Shown here: positions 25,242-35,868 of the stretch, in pieces
Numbering within the stretch: position 1 is the stretch's first letter
Layout of the letters: each line of letters opens with the position of its first letter
From: a virus
Taxonomy: Duplodnaviria > Caudoviricetes
Reading direction: 5' to 3' (one strand)
Virus record (IMG/VR): IMGVR_UViG_3300004199_000001
Coordinates: 1-52,060 of that record
Length of the DNA: 52,060 bases
The notes under the pieces: model-generated
Database searches by the model: none
What the model was told of the DNA's origin: nothing
Seen by the model: the letters and a program-made list of their open reading frames with translations, nothing else
Program-made: the position numbers and the translations under genes

Positions 25242-26720
25242 ATGCCAGATAACATTCCATTTTTAACGATCCCGCTCGATTGGCGGGTGCCCGGCGCTTA
25301 TATCGAGATCGACCACACCAGGGCCGTGCGCGGTTTGCCGGTGATGAGTCACAAGATGCTGATATTAGGCCAGCGCCTGGCAGCCGGAACCGTGGCGGCG
25401 GGCGTATTGACCCGCGTCAGCCGCAAGGAAGACGGCGTGAACTATTTCGGTCGCGGCTCGATGCTGGCGCAGCAGATTGCCGCTGCGATGAAGGTCAACC
25501 CGTACACCGAGTGTTACGCACTGGCACTGGACGATCTGGTCGCAGGCGTTGCAGCTACCAAAACGATCACTTTTACCGGCGAGCCAACCGAAGCGGGCAC
25601 GATTTACTTATATATCGGCGGACGGCGCTTGACGGTCGGCGTGTTGGCGGCAGCGACTGTCACCGACATTGCGACCGCAGTCGCGGCGGCGATCAATGCC
25701 GATCTGGATGGTGCGGTTACAGCTACCAGCGCATTGGGTGTGGTTACTGCAACGGCGAGACATAAAGGCGTCGAAGGTAACGACATTGATTTTCGCGTCA
25801 ATTATTACAGCGGCGAATTCCTGCCCAAAGGGCTGTCGGTGGCGTTTGCGACCGGCGCGACCGGATCAGGAAACCCGGATGTGACGGCGGCGATTGTCGC
25901 AATGTCTACGATGAACCCCTATACCATTCTGTGCGGCTGGCAAGACACGGCCAATATAACACTGCTGGAAAACGAGCTGCAAAGCCGTTGGGGCGGCATG
26001 GATATGCGTACCGGCCATGTGTTCGCGCACAAAAACGGCACCTATGCATCGCTGGCAGCCTATGGCGCAGCACGCAACAGTGCGCACAGCACCTTCAGCG
26101 GGCTTAACAAGTCTCCTACTTTGCCGTGGGTTATATCCGCGCAATTCGGCGCTGCGGTGGAATTTTCCGGCGCTAATGATCCGGCGGTTCCATTCCGCTC
26201 GATTCGCCTGCCGGACGTCATGGCGCCGGCCGAGGCCGATCGCTTTACCGATCCTGAGCGCAACCTGCTGCTGCATGACGGCATCAGCACCATCATCTTC
26301 GACCAGTCCGGTGCGGCGATGATCGAATACGTCGTTACCAGCTACCAGCAAAACAGCTTTGGCATGGAGGATGTGAGCCTGCTGAAGGTAAACACCAAGT
26401 GGACAGTGGATTACATGCGCTATGCATTCAGGTTTGCGGTGCTACGCGACTATCCACGGCACAAGCTGGCCGGTGACGATGTGCTGGGTAAGATCCAGCC
26501 GGGACAACCGATCGCCACGCCGAAGCTGATCCGGAACACCTTGATCGCTGAGGCGATGGAACTGGAAAAAGTGGGTCTGCTGGAAGACATCGACCAGTTC
26601 ATCAAGGATCTGATTGTGGTGCGCTCAACGTCTGACGTTAACCGCGTCAACGCGATCATCCCACCGAACACCGTCAACCAGTTTGATGTGTTCGCGGCCG
26701 CTGTTCAATTCATTTTATAA
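25242..26720 (+). CDS. Tail sheath protein (Mu gpL)
   Basis: RVPGAYIEID, FGRGSML, RNLLLHDGIST, YPRHKLA. Confidence 0.93.
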   Translation: MPDNIPFLTIPLDWRVPGAYIEIDHTRAVRGLPVMSHKMLILGQRLAAGTVAAGVLTRVSRKEDGVNYFGRGSMLAQQIAAAMKVNPYTECYALALDDLVAGVAATKTITFTGEPTEAGTIYLYIGGRRLTVGVLAAATVTDIATAVAAAINADLDGAVTATSALGVVTATARHKGVEGNDIDFRVNYYSGEFLPKGLSVAFATGATGSGNPDVTAAIVAMSTMNPYTILCGWQDTANITLLENELQSRWGGMDMRTGHVFAHKNGTYASLAAYGAARNSAHSTFSGLNKSPTLPWVISAQFGAAVEFSGANDPAVPFRSIRLPDVMAPAEADRFTDPERNLLLHDGISTIIFDQSGAAMIEYVVTSYQQNSFGMEDVSLLKVNTKWTVDYMRYAFRFAVLRDYPRHKLAGDDVLGKIQPGQPIATPKLIRNTLIAEAMELEKVGLLEDIDQFIKDLIVVRSTSDVNRVNAIIPPNTVNQFDVFAAAVQFIL

Positions 26721-26729
26721 GGGGGACAT

Positions 26730-27080
26730 ATGGCACAAGTTACGGGAAGAGTTTTTATCACGGTTGCGGGTAAACGGCTGACGTCAAAATCCGGCGCAAC
26801 GATTAAGTTCGGGAATGTGAAACGCGAAATGGTACCGGCCGATAATGGCGTGGTTGGTTACAAAGAGGCGACTGAAGCACCAGGCGTGGAATGTACTCTG
26901 ATCCATACGGCGGATACATCGCTGACCGAGATACAGGCTATTGTTGCGGCTAGCGGATCATTCGACACCGATAGCGGAAAAAGTTTTGTGTTGTCCGGCA
27001 TGTGTTGCCTGGATGCGCTAGCCATGGCCGACGGTGAGGTTAAAGCAACGTTCGGCGCTCTGGATTGTAAGGAGGTCTGA
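26730..27080 (+). CDS. Tail tube protein (Mu gpM)
   Basis: Follows the sheath gene; size and GV.GYKE motif. Confidence 0.85.
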   Translation: MAQVTGRVFITVAGKRLTSKSGATIKFGNVKREMVPADNGVVGYKEATEAPGVECTLIHTADTSLTEIQAIVAASGSFDTDSGKSFVLSGMCCLDALAMADGEVKATFGALDCKEV

Positions 27081-27571
27081 TGGATTTATTAGCTAAATTA
27101 AAGGCCGGTAAATCGGCCACTAAAACGGTTTCATTAGGCGGTGTCGAACTGGGATTGCAGCTATTGTCTGAAAACGACTATCAGGAAGCCGGTCTGGCGG
27201 TTATCGATTTTTTTAAGAGCCGGAAAATCGACGATATCAATGTAGCAAATGCCGAACTGTTTGAGGATGAGAAGGCGATACAGCTATTGCTTAGGGCATT
27301 GGTTATCCCCGGCAGCAATGATCCGGTCGCTAATTCTCCGCTGCAATTGCGCAAATCGCTGAATCGTGAAGATAAGGCCTTTTTAATCGATCAGTACCTG
27401 GAATTCGAAAAAGAGTTTTCGCCTATGGCAGGCTACAAGATGCCGGATGCAGAATTTATCACGCTGTTTGAAACGCTAAAAAAAACGCCAGAGACAGTGA
27501 ATTTGAGCGGTTTAAATTCAGAAACGCTGAAAAGGCTTATTACTGCTTTGGTGTACATTCCAGGGATTTAA
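27080..27571 (+). CDS. Tail assembly chaperone; probable -1 frameshift product ends at 27624
   Basis: Between tube and tape measure; A8 slippery run at 27478..27485. Confidence 0.8.
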   Translation: MDLLAKLKAGKSATKTVSLGGVELGLQLLSENDYQEAGLAVIDFFKSRKIDDINVANAELFEDEKAIQLLLRALVIPGSNDPVANSPLQLRKSLNREDKAFLIDQYLEFEKEFSPMAGYKMPDAEFITLFETLKKTPETVNLSGLNSETLKRLITALVYIPGI

Positions 27572-27645
27572 CCACTGGGCAATGGTTATGGCTGCTGGCG
27601 ATGATGTCGGCAGAAGTAAAGTAAAACCTAACGGTAACAGCTACG

Positions 27646-29397
27646 ATGAGCAGAGACCTATTATTAAACATTAGACTGGGTGTAGATAGAGCCGCTGCGG
27701 ATATGCGGCGCTTTACTAATTCGGCGGGAAATAATTTAGGTCAGTTGTCGCGTCGCGCCCGGCAATTGCAAAAGGATTTTTCAGGATTTTCTGCTGCATC
27801 AAAACTGATTGCGGCGGCCGGGGGTACATTAGCAGCTCGGCAATTGCTGACCGGAATGAATGAGCTTGAAAAAGCCATGCTGGCTGTTGAATCTAATCTG
27901 GTTGGCGGGGCTAAATCCGCTGCCGATTTGCAGGCGCAACTGGCTGCCGTCCGCGATACCGCACGGCAAATATCGGGCATGACTATTTTTAGCGATGCCG
28001 AGATGGTAGTGCTGACTAATCAGCTACTAAAATCCGGTGTTAAGGCCGAATTCGTCAATGGCAAAGATGGCGCGGCCCTCAGTACTGCGGCGCTCGCACA
28101 ACTCGGCGGTTTATCGCCCGAGCAGTCAGCGGGATATATGGGCGCTCTGGGTAATGCATTTTCATTTGATAAAAAAGAGCAGTACATGGGGCTCGGTAAT
28201 CATATCGTCAAGGCGGATGATGCCAGCGCCATGAATAGCGGCAATATCATGTACAACATGCAACAGACCGCTGCGAGTGCTGCGGCTCTAAAGATCGACC
28301 CGAAACGCATCGTCTCGCTGATCGCCTACCTCGATGCGTTAGGTAATGAGGCGGGAACCAGTGTTAATCGACTGCTGGGGAATTTATCGCCCGGTACCAA
28401 ACAAAAGCGCAAGGCGATGGCGAAATCGGGTATGGATTTTTGGCAAGAGAACAAGGACGGTACTGTCGTATTAAAGGACATCGGAACGGTGCTGGAGATT
28501 ATCCGCAAAAAGTTTTCGAGCATGAAAAGTACGCCGGAAAAAATGGAATTATCGAAAAAACTGTTTGGCGAGGAGGGCGAGCGGGCTGTGCTGTTGTTAT
28601 CGTCTAAAAAACAGACCTTTGACCAGTTTGAGCAAAGCGTGATTAGTTCCACTGGTGCTATTGATAAACTGAATATACAAAATAAAGGTCTGAGCTCCGC
28701 TTTTGAGCGGTTAAAAAATACGACATTTTCAAAATTGGATACTCAATTCGCTCCAGAGCGGGACGTTATGACAAGAGGGGTTGATTCGGCAACTAAGTTG
28801 GTAGATAACGGTAAGTTGCCGGATATGGCTAAGGGTGTTACAGCGGCGGCGGGTCTCGCGCTGCTGAGCCGTTTTAATTCAAATCGGAAAACCCGTCTGG
28901 CAGGCGAGGCGCAATCACTGGCCGGGGCTGCAAGATCGGCGGCAGTGCAAAGCGTATTAGTCACCAACTGGCCCGCGGGTATGCTTTCAGTCGGCGAAAG
29001 GATGGGCGGCGGTCCGAGTAATAGAGCCGGGGCGGGAGGCGCTCCGGTCGGTAATACAGGTAATGAACCGCCAGCCCGGAGCAGCGGAATGGGTAAAGCG
29101 GCTACGGCGCTGGGGGCTGCCGGAGCAGCTTTTTCCGGTTGGGAAATAGGCCAAGCAATAGGCGGTGTCGCCAAGGAATTGATCGACTCTACGATCCAGG
29201 CGGTCACGGGTCAGGAAAGCGCCACATTAGGAACGGCTATTTACGATATGTTACATAAATCGAAAATCGATACCGGCGGCGAGTTGCATATCAAGATCGA
29301 CTCACCCACGCCGGTTAAAGTCGCGTCAATGAAATCCAACGATCCGCGCCAAACGATTAATGTCGATGCGGGCCCCACTATGGCAGGAACTCGATAA
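27646..29397 (+). CDS. Tail tape measure protein
   Basis: Ala-rich helical, GNEAGTSV, LFGEE motifs. Confidence 0.88.
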   Translation: MSRDLLLNIRLGVDRAAADMRRFTNSAGNNLGQLSRRARQLQKDFSGFSAASKLIAAAGGTLAARQLLTGMNELEKAMLAVESNLVGGAKSAADLQAQLAAVRDTARQISGMTIFSDAEMVVLTNQLLKSGVKAEFVNGKDGAALSTAALAQLGGLSPEQSAGYMGALGNAFSFDKKEQYMGLGNHIVKADDASAMNSGNIMYNMQQTAASAAALKIDPKRIVSLIAYLDALGNEAGTSVNRLLGNLSPGTKQKRKAMAKSGMDFWQENKDGTVVLKDIGTVLEIIRKKFSSMKSTPEKMELSKKLFGEEGERAVLLLSSKKQTFDQFEQSVISSTGAIDKLNIQNKGLSSAFERLKNTTFSKLDTQFAPERDVMTRGVDSATKLVDNGKLPDMAKGVTAAAGLALLSRFNSNRKTRLAGEAQSLAGAARSAAVQSVLVTNWPAGMLSVGERMGGGPSNRAGAGGAPVGNTGNEPPARSSGMGKAATALGAAGAAFSGWEIGQAIGGVAKELIDSTIQAVTGQESATLGTAIYDMLHKSKIDTGGELHIKIDSPTPVKVASMKSNDPRQTINVDAGPTMAGTR

Positions 29398-30692
29398 TGG
29401 CCGAAGCCGCTCCCCAAACATGGCGCGATAAGCTGTTACCGGCGTCGTTTCGTGGCGTGCCGTTCAGCTATATTTCTACCGACGGTCAGGTCGGCCGCCG
29501 CAACGTGGTGCATGAGTTCCCGCAACGGGATTTGCCGCTGGCTGAGGATTTGGGCCGCAAGGCGCGCGAATTTACGTTTGAGGCCTGCATCGTCGGTGAC
29601 AATTATATGGACGGCCGCGACCGTCTAATTGCCGCGTTGGAAGCGTACGGTTCCGGCGAGCTGGTGCATCCGTATCGCGGCCGCATGCAGGTTGTGGTTA
29701 GTTCGCCCGCCCGCGTTTCCGAGTCTACTGCCGAGGGCGGCATGGCTCGTTTTGCGCTGACATTTACCGAGTCGGGCGAGGCTGTTAACCCAGCTCCGCG
29801 CACCGATACTGCCGCCGCGGTCGAGACTGCTGCCGATGAGGCGCAAGTCGAAGCGGAAAAGGGATTTTTTGACGATTTCAATGTGGACGGACTTCAAGAC
29901 TTTGTGCCTACTGAGGCGCTGACTACGATCAATGATTCATTGAACGGTGTTATGCAGGCCGCTAATGGGCTAATGTCTGGCGGCCTGTTACCTGAGTTTA
30001 CCCAGCAGCTGTTTAGCATGTCCAGCACCGTTTCGAACTTGATGCGTTTTCCTGCCAATTTGGCGGGCGGACTGATCGGTCAAATCAAATCGTTATCAGG
30101 TATCGCCTCGAACCCGTTTAGCGCGCTGTCATCATTGCGATCGCTATTCAGTTTCGGCAGCAATGCCAAGCCGGTGCCTAATTCTGTAGGCGGTGCGCCT
30201 TATATTAATAAAGCCGGTACGCCTATCTATATCGGTCAGACAGGTGTTCCGTCCGTCATTAATCCGTTGGTTACGCCCAGTAGGCAGCAGCAAGCAGTTA
30301 ATCAGGCCGCTGTTGCTGTCTTAGTGCAGCGGGCGGCGGTGATAGAAGCGGCCAGGGTATCGACCCAAATTACCCCGACCAGTTATGGCGAGGCGATTGT
30401 ATTGCGCGACGAGATAGCCGATAAATTGGAAGCGTTGGCGGAAACTGCGCCTGATGCAGTTTATATGGCATTGACCACGTTGCGTATTGCGGTGATTCAG
30501 GACATTACTGCTCGCGCCGCCGATTTATCCAGGACGGTCAGCTATACGGTTCCGACGACGCTGCCTGTGCTGGTCATAGCGTACGGTCTGTATGGCAATA
30601 TCGACCAGGCCGACAGCATTGTTGCCCGTAACCATATCCGTCACCCTGGTTTTGTACCCGGTGGCCGGCCTATTGAGATATTAACGCCATGA
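29397..30692 (+). CDS. DNA circularization protein (Mu gpN/gp43)
   Basis: LLPASFRGVPF, HEFPQRD..EDLGRK, GELVHPY, RNHIRHPGFVP. Confidence 0.92.
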   Translation: MAEAAPQTWRDKLLPASFRGVPFSYISTDGQVGRRNVVHEFPQRDLPLAEDLGRKAREFTFEACIVGDNYMDGRDRLIAALEAYGSGELVHPYRGRMQVVVSSPARVSESTAEGGMARFALTFTESGEAVNPAPRTDTAAAVETAADEAQVEAEKGFFDDFNVDGLQDFVPTEALTTINDSLNGVMQAANGLMSGGLLPEFTQQLFSMSSTVSNLMRFPANLAGGLIGQIKSLSGIASNPFSALSSLRSLFSFGSNAKPVPNSVGGAPYINKAGTPIYIGQTGVPSVINPLVTPSRQQQAVNQAAVAVLVQRAAVIEAARVSTQITPTSYGEAIVLRDEIADKLEALAETAPDAVYMALTTLRIAVIQDITARAADLSRTVSYTVPTTLPVLVIAYGLYGNIDQADSIVARNHIRHPGFVPGGRPIEILTP

Positions 30693-31792
30693 CGGTTGAA
30701 TTAAGGGTTAACGGTAATTATTTCGGCGGCTGGCAGTCGAGAAAGATCGATCTTGGGATCGAGCAGCTTGCCGGTACGTTTGAGCTGACGGTTACCGATC
30801 GCTGGAATACGAATCAAGGCCAGCAGGCTATGCAGATTAAGCCTGGCCAAGCGTGTGAGTTATTGGTGCACGGTGCAGTAGTGATTACCGGATATGTAGA
30901 CGATACCGGCCCAAGCTACGATAAACAGGCGCATAGCATCAGTGTCACCGGGCGCGATCGCACTGCGGATCTGGTCGATTGCTCGGCTATATATAAGAGT
31001 GGGCAGTGGAGCAATAAAAAGCTGGAGCAGATCGCCGCTGATTTGTGTGCGCCTTTTGGTATCAGGGTGATTACTAATACCGATACCGGAGAGGCGTTCG
31101 GGTCATTCAGTATCCAGGAGGGCGAGAGCGTGTTTGAAACGCTGGAACGCGCGGCTAGGATGCGCGCAGTACTGCTGATGTCGGACGGTCTGGGTAATCT
31201 GCTGATTACTCGCGCCGGTACTGTTCGAGCTCCGGCCGGATTGACGGAAGGTGAGAATATTCTGACTGCTGAGGCCACGTTCAGCTGGAAGGATAGGTTT
31301 AGCGATTACATCGTGAAAGGCCAGGCGCAAGGCGATGACGAGAATTATGGCGAAACTGTGGCGCAGCTAAGCGGCGGCGTTCAGGATAGTTCTATAACCC
31401 GATACCGGCCGCTGATTATCATAGCCGAGGACCAGGGCAGCAATGCCACGCTGAAACAGCGTGCCGAATGGGAGCGGAATGTTCGGGCCGGACGTGGTGC
31501 TCGTGCCACTGTTACCGTGCAGGGTTGGGACGTTGGCGGGAATTTATGGATGCCAAACGCGATCACACATTTGTATTCGCCGTTGCTGTATGCGGATATG
31601 GATATGCTGATTGCATCGGTCAGTTACTCGGAGAATGACTCAGGTACATTGACTACCGTGCAGCTGGCGTTGCCTCATGCGTTCGACACGATCGAGGGCG
31701 TTAAACAGACCCGTCTGGACAAAAAGATGCGCAAAAAACAGGGCAGCAAAGAGAAGAAGATTACGCAGCCTGAGTGGGAGTTTGAACAATGA
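30689..31792 (+). CDS. Baseplate hub (Mu gpP/gp44)
   Basis: VITGYVD, GRDRTADLVDCS, RYRPLII. Confidence 0.92.
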   Translation: MTVELRVNGNYFGGWQSRKIDLGIEQLAGTFELTVTDRWNTNQGQQAMQIKPGQACELLVHGAVVITGYVDDTGPSYDKQAHSISVTGRDRTADLVDCSAIYKSGQWSNKKLEQIAADLCAPFGIRVITNTDTGEAFGSFSIQEGESVFETLERAARMRAVLLMSDGLGNLLITRAGTVRAPAGLTEGENILTAEATFSWKDRFSDYIVKGQAQGDDENYGETVAQLSGGVQDSSITRYRPLIIIAEDQGSNATLKQRAEWERNVRAGRGARATVTVQGWDVGGNLWMPNAITHLYSPLLYADMDMLIASVSYSENDSGTLTTVQLALPHAFDTIEGVKQTRLDKKMRKKQGSKEKKITQPEWEFEQ

Positions 31793-32289
31793 TTAGGACT
31801 ATCAACAAGATGACTGCACCGCTGGCTAGGCGTGTCAATTTGATGGTGTCTCGCGGCGTGTTGGCGCTGGTTAATGATGCCGCCAAGATGCAAGGCGTAC
31901 AAGTCAAGCTGCTGTCCGGCGAGGTCCGCGATATGGAGCGCGTCCAGAATTACGGATTCACCAGTCATCCTCATGCCGGTGCTGAAGTAGCGGTAGTATT
32001 TGTCGGCGGTAATCGGGATCATGGCTTAGTCCTGGCTGTTGACGATCGGCGCTATCGGGTTAAGGGTTTGCAGGGTGGTGAGGTCGGCATTTATGACGAT
32101 CTGGGGCACCGAATTACATTAACCCGGACAGGCATTGTCATCGACGGCGCAACTCACCCTCTCAATATAGTTAACTGCCCTCAGGTTATTGTGACCGACG
32201 GCGACGTGATTGCCGATGGGATTTCGCTAAAAACACATAAGCACGGCGGCGTTCAGTACGGTACGGCCCAAACGGATGTGCCGGTATGA
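31789..32289 (+). CDS. Baseplate spike (Mu gp45)
   Basis: QNYGFTSHP, GEVGIYDD, HKHGGV. Confidence 0.9.
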   Translation: MIRTINKMTAPLARRVNLMVSRGVLALVNDAAKMQGVQVKLLSGEVRDMERVQNYGFTSHPHAGAEVAVVFVGGNRDHGLVLAVDDRRYRVKGLQGGEVGIYDDLGHRITLTRTGIVIDGATHPLNIVNCPQVIVTDGDVIADGISLKTHKHGGVQYGTAQTDVPV

Positions 32290-32735
32290 GCGACATAAAA
32301 ACAGTATTTATCGGTTTCGACCAGGGCGCCGATTATGTGATGAATTCGCTGGGTCTAGTTGAAGACGACGGCCTGGAAACGTCAGTAATTCTGAGTTTAT
32401 TCACCGACCGTCGCGCTAATGCGGATGACGTTATTCCGGATGGCTCGAATGACCGTCGCGGCTGGTGGGCTGATCAGTTCGCCGATATCAACAATGATCA
32501 GTTCGGCTCACGGCTGTGGTTGTTGAGCCGCGAGAAACAATTAACGGCAGTTCTTATCCGCGCTAAACAATATGCCGACGAAGCGCTGATGTGGATGGTC
32601 GACGACGGTGTAGCCGAGTCCGTTGATGTGGTGGCTAGCAATCCGCGCATGGGTATTTTAGGTTTGCTGGTAGCGATTACCCGGCCCGGTCAGCCGGTTA
32701 AGCAATTTAGATTTGAATCGTTTTGGAGCGCATAG
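32286..32735 (+). CDS. Baseplate protein (Mu gp46)
   Basis: SLFTDRRA, RGWWAD, GSRLWLLSREK. Confidence 0.92.
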   Translation: MSDIKTVFIGFDQGADYVMNSLGLVEDDGLETSVILSLFTDRRANADDVIPDGSNDRRGWWADQFADINNDQFGSRLWLLSREKQLTAVLIRAKQYADEALMWMVDDGVAESVDVVASNPRMGILGLLVAITRPGQPVKQFRFESFWSA

Positions 32736-32738
32736 AAA

Positions 32739-33785
32739 ATGGCATTTAGCAGACCGACATTATCCGATTTAATTGTCCGCGCATTCGCGGACATCCAATC
32801 ACGTCTGCCGGGTACGGATGCAACGTTGCGGCGCTCGAATCTTAATGTGTTGTCGCGGGTGCATTCGGCAGCCATTCACGGTTTGTATGGGTTCATTTCC
32901 TGGCTGGCTAGCCAGATTATCTATGATACGGCGGAGGCGGAATATCTGGAGCGTTGGGCGGGGATCTGGAAGGTCTACCGTATCCCGGCCAGTTTTGCTA
33001 CTGGCTCCGTTACGTTGACCGGCACCAATGGTGTAACCATTCCTGCGCTGACCGAGCTGCAACGCGCGGATGGTGTTTTATATACCGTCGATGCCGATGT
33101 GGTTATTGCGGCCGGAACTGCTGTTGTGGCTGTCACTGCGGTTGAGACCGGACAGGTGGGCAATGCCGTCGCCGGGTATGCATTAATGCTGACTACGCCT
33201 ATTGGAGGGGTAACCGCTACGGCTACGGCCGGAGTATTGTCAGGCGGTTCTGATGCCGAACTGGATGACTCATTAAGAGCGCGATTTATTGCCCGTATCC
33301 AGCAACCGCCACATGGCGGAGCGAAACATGATTATGAGGCGTGGGCGCTGGAAGTGGCAGGTGTTACCCGTGCGTGGGTTTATCCGCAGGAGTTAGGTCC
33401 GGGGTCGGTAACTGTCAGGTTTGTACGCGATAACGACGCCAGTCCGATTCCTGATGCTGGTGAGGTGGTTACCGTTCAGTCCTATATTGATAACCTGAGA
33501 CCTGTAACCGCATCGGTAACGGTTGCTGCTCCGATCGCTGCTCCATTAAATTACTCTATTGCTGTAGTCCCTAATACCGCAGCCGTGAAAGCGGCGGTGA
33601 CGGCTGAACTGGCCGATCTGATTAGTCGCGAGTCAATACCCGGCGGAACGCTGCTGTTATCGCACCAACGCGCGGCCATCAGCGCGGCCGCTGGCGAAAC
33701 TAATTACACCATGACTGCACCGGTTGCCGATGTGATGAATGCAACCGGTTATATGACTACGCTGGGGGTAATCACATGGCTATGA
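32739..33785 (+). CDS. Baseplate J-like protein (Mu gp47)
   Basis: GGSDAE.DDSLR.R, PPHGG..DY..WA, RPVTA. Confidence 0.92.
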   Translation: MAFSRPTLSDLIVRAFADIQSRLPGTDATLRRSNLNVLSRVHSAAIHGLYGFISWLASQIIYDTAEAEYLERWAGIWKVYRIPASFATGSVTLTGTNGVTIPALTELQRADGVLYTVDADVVIAAGTAVVAVTAVETGQVGNAVAGYALMLTTPIGGVTATATAGVLSGGSDAELDDSLRARFIARIQQPPHGGAKHDYEAWALEVAGVTRAWVYPQELGPGSVTVRFVRDNDASPIPDAGEVVTVQSYIDNLRPVTASVTVAAPIAAPLNYSIAVVPNTAAVKAAVTAELADLISRESIPGGTLLLSHQRAAISAAAGETNYTMTAPVADVMNATGYMTTLGVITWL

Positions 33786-34366
33786 CAGCTGGTGATTACC
33801 AGAGCCAGTTACAGGCACTATTGCCGCGCGGCTTAGCTTGGGCTAAATCGCAATCCAGTACCCTGGCGTTGTTATTGTTGGCCTGGGCGGATGAATTCGC
33901 GCGCATCGATCTGCGTTGCGAGGATCTGATCAACGAAGCCGATCCGCGTACGACAACTGAAATGCTGCCGGAGTGGGAGCGTGTTGCGGGCCTGCCTGAT
34001 CCCTGCGTCACTATCGATCAGACTATTGAGCAGCGCCGGTCTGCATTGGTGTCTAAGTTGACTATGACCGGCGGACAAAGCCGCGCGTATTTTATCGGTA
34101 TTGCCGAATCAATGGGTTATCCAGGTACGACAATTGACGAATTCGCGCTTATGACCTGCAACAGCGATTGTAATGCGGCGCTGAATAGTGAGGCGGATTT
34201 GTTTGCGTGGCAGTTGAATCTTCCGGCATCAACTGGCGGGGTTTTTTATATGGACTGCAACAGCGATTGCAACAGCGCTCTGCAAAGCTGGGGCGATGAG
34301 GCGCTGGAATGCCGTATCAATAAATTTAAACCCGCTCATACGAGCGTGTTATTCGCGTATTTATAA
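33776..34366 (+). CDS. Baseplate wedge (Mu gp48/YmfQ, DUF2313)
   Basis: LLPRG.AW, EWERVAGLPD, KPAHT. Confidence 0.9.
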   Translation: MAMTAGDYQSQLQALLPRGLAWAKSQSSTLALLLLAWADEFARIDLRCEDLINEADPRTTTEMLPEWERVAGLPDPCVTIDQTIEQRRSALVSKLTMTGGQSRAYFIGIAESMGYPGTTIDEFALMTCNSDCNAALNSEADLFAWQLNLPASTGGVFYMDCNSDCNSALQSWGDEALECRINKFKPAHTSVLFAYL

Positions 34367-34375
34367 GGGGACATC

Positions 34376-35239
34376 GTGCATAGAATAGATACTACCACTA
34401 AGTTTACCGATCTGTTTGGAGCGGGTAAACACGGCTTCCGGGATGGTAATAAAGCGCTAGTGATTGCCGCTACGGCATTTAATGCGGCGTGGGCCAACTC
34501 GGTTCAGGAAGAGTTGGCTAATACAATCGAGGGGTATGGCGGCGTACTGGATGCTGCTAATAATTCGCAATTCTTTGGAGTTATAAAAGCGGCTAAGCAG
34601 CTAAATTTTGTTGCGATTACTTCGAGCGGTAATTTCACAACTCCAGCCAATATCACTACGGCTACGGTATTTGAATTTACACTGGTTGCCGGTGGGGCCG
34701 GAGGCGGCGGCGCAAATGGTACATGCGTTGCTGGAGGCGGCGGGGCAGGTGCTGCGGTACGGTTTTTAATTTCAGGCCTTTTGCCGAATACAGCATATGC
34801 CGTATTAATTGGTGCTTTTGGACTTGGAGGAACTGCCGTGCCTACCAATGGTAGTGACGGTGGCACTACCCAGATTACAATAAATGGTACCGTGTATTCC
34901 TGTACGGGCGGCATTGGTGGTGTCGGTACTACGGTTAATTCACAGGCTGTTTGCTCCGCTCAAGGTACTGTTTCTGCGTCGATCTTGGCATTGCCTCATG
35001 AAATCATATATCAGCAACCTAGTGCTGCTGCGTCGGTTATATCGTCAGTTCCTGTGATTACGGGCTCTAATGGCGCTAGTTTGCCATTTGGTATAGCTGG
35101 GTTGGGAACCAGCCTGATTGCCGCAGAAACGGATGGAGTTGGATTTGGTGTTGGCGGTGGTGGAGCTGGCGTAATTACAACTAGTAAGGCCGGTAAAAAA
35201 GGTGCGGCGGGTAAGTTAGAAGTAAGGTGGGTTGCGTAA
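34376..35239 (+). CDS. Short Gly-rich tail fibre
   Basis: MHRID...NSVQEELAN N-terminal anchor followed by a Gly-rich domain. Confidence 0.82.
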   Translation: MHRIDTTTKFTDLFGAGKHGFRDGNKALVIAATAFNAAWANSVQEELANTIEGYGGVLDAANNSQFFGVIKAAKQLNFVAITSSGNFTTPANITTATVFEFTLVAGGAGGGGANGTCVAGGGGAGAAVRFLISGLLPNTAYAVLIGAFGLGGTAVPTNGSDGGTTQITINGTVYSCTGGIGGVGTTVNSQAVCSAQGTVSASILALPHEIIYQQPSAAASVISSVPVITGSNGASLPFGIAGLGTSLIAAETDGVGFGVGGGGAGVITTSKAGKKGAAGKLEVRWVA

Positions 35240-35766
35240 TGAGAGTTGCTATTATTGAAGACGGCATTGTTGTAAATATCGTTATGGCTGAAGAATTATT
35301 AGCAAATTATGTACAGACTGATCATGCTAATATCGGTGATAACTATGATGGTGTGGTGTTCTCGACTCCAGCTATGTATCCTGTGGTTACTGTTTCTGAA
35401 TTGTTTGCTAAAAATCAACTCGACAAAACGGCAGAAATTAAAGAGGCAGTTGGAATAGCTGTTATATCGGGCATTACGCATGATGCGCTTGGTCAGCCTC
35501 ATTTCTATCCTACTACTCGTGATGACCAGCATAATCTGAATGGACTGGTTACTGAATCGTTATTACCTGATAGCGGTGACGAATATAAATTCTGGTGCGC
35601 GGATGCAGAAGGCGTTTGGGCTAGGCGTATTCATACTAAACTACAGATCTGGTCTGTCGGAAAGGCGGTGTTAGACCATGTTAAAACCCAGCAGGAAAAG
35701 TATGAGCAAAAGCTGACTGAGATTGCGGGTGCTGATTCCAGTTCAATTGGGTTAATTGTTTGGTGA
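35239..35766 (+). CDS. Tail fibre assembly-like protein (DUF4376-like C-terminus)
   Basis: ALGQPHFYPT..DDQ.NL...FWCAD..G.W...H; follows the fibre gene. Confidence 0.7.
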   Translation: MRVAIIEDGIVVNIVMAEELLANYVQTDHANIGDNYDGVVFSTPAMYPVVTVSELFAKNQLDKTAEIKEAVGIAVISGITHDALGQPHFYPTTRDDQHNLNGLVTESLLPDSGDEYKFWCADAEGVWARRIHTKLQIWSVGKAVLDHVKTQQEKYEQKLTEIAGADSSSIGLIVW

Positions 35767-35804
35767 CGGCGACTTATTTCTTTTACTGATAATTACTTAC
35801 ATAA

Positions 35805-35868
35805 TGCGATATTTAGTTTTCCGGCAAATATCGCATTTTTTACTATCTAAATATCGCGCTCGGCGTCA
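35805..35868. repeat. Internal second right-end-like sequence
   Basis: Three GCGATATTT sites (one inverted), ending CA at 35867..35868 with the same 14-nt register as the true ends. Confidence 0.65.

Noticed and set aside
34150-34280. Repeated TGCAACAGCGATTG (CNSDCN) in gp48
   Set aside because: Internal Cys motif duplication common in this baseplate protein family.
4124-35000. Numerous antisense and alternate-frame ORFs (e.g. 4124..4648, 6138..6710, 17026..17655, 18588..19355)
   Set aside because: Shadows of GC-rich genes with no RBS or motifs. Only the 1990..2433 and o-spanin overlaps have independent support.
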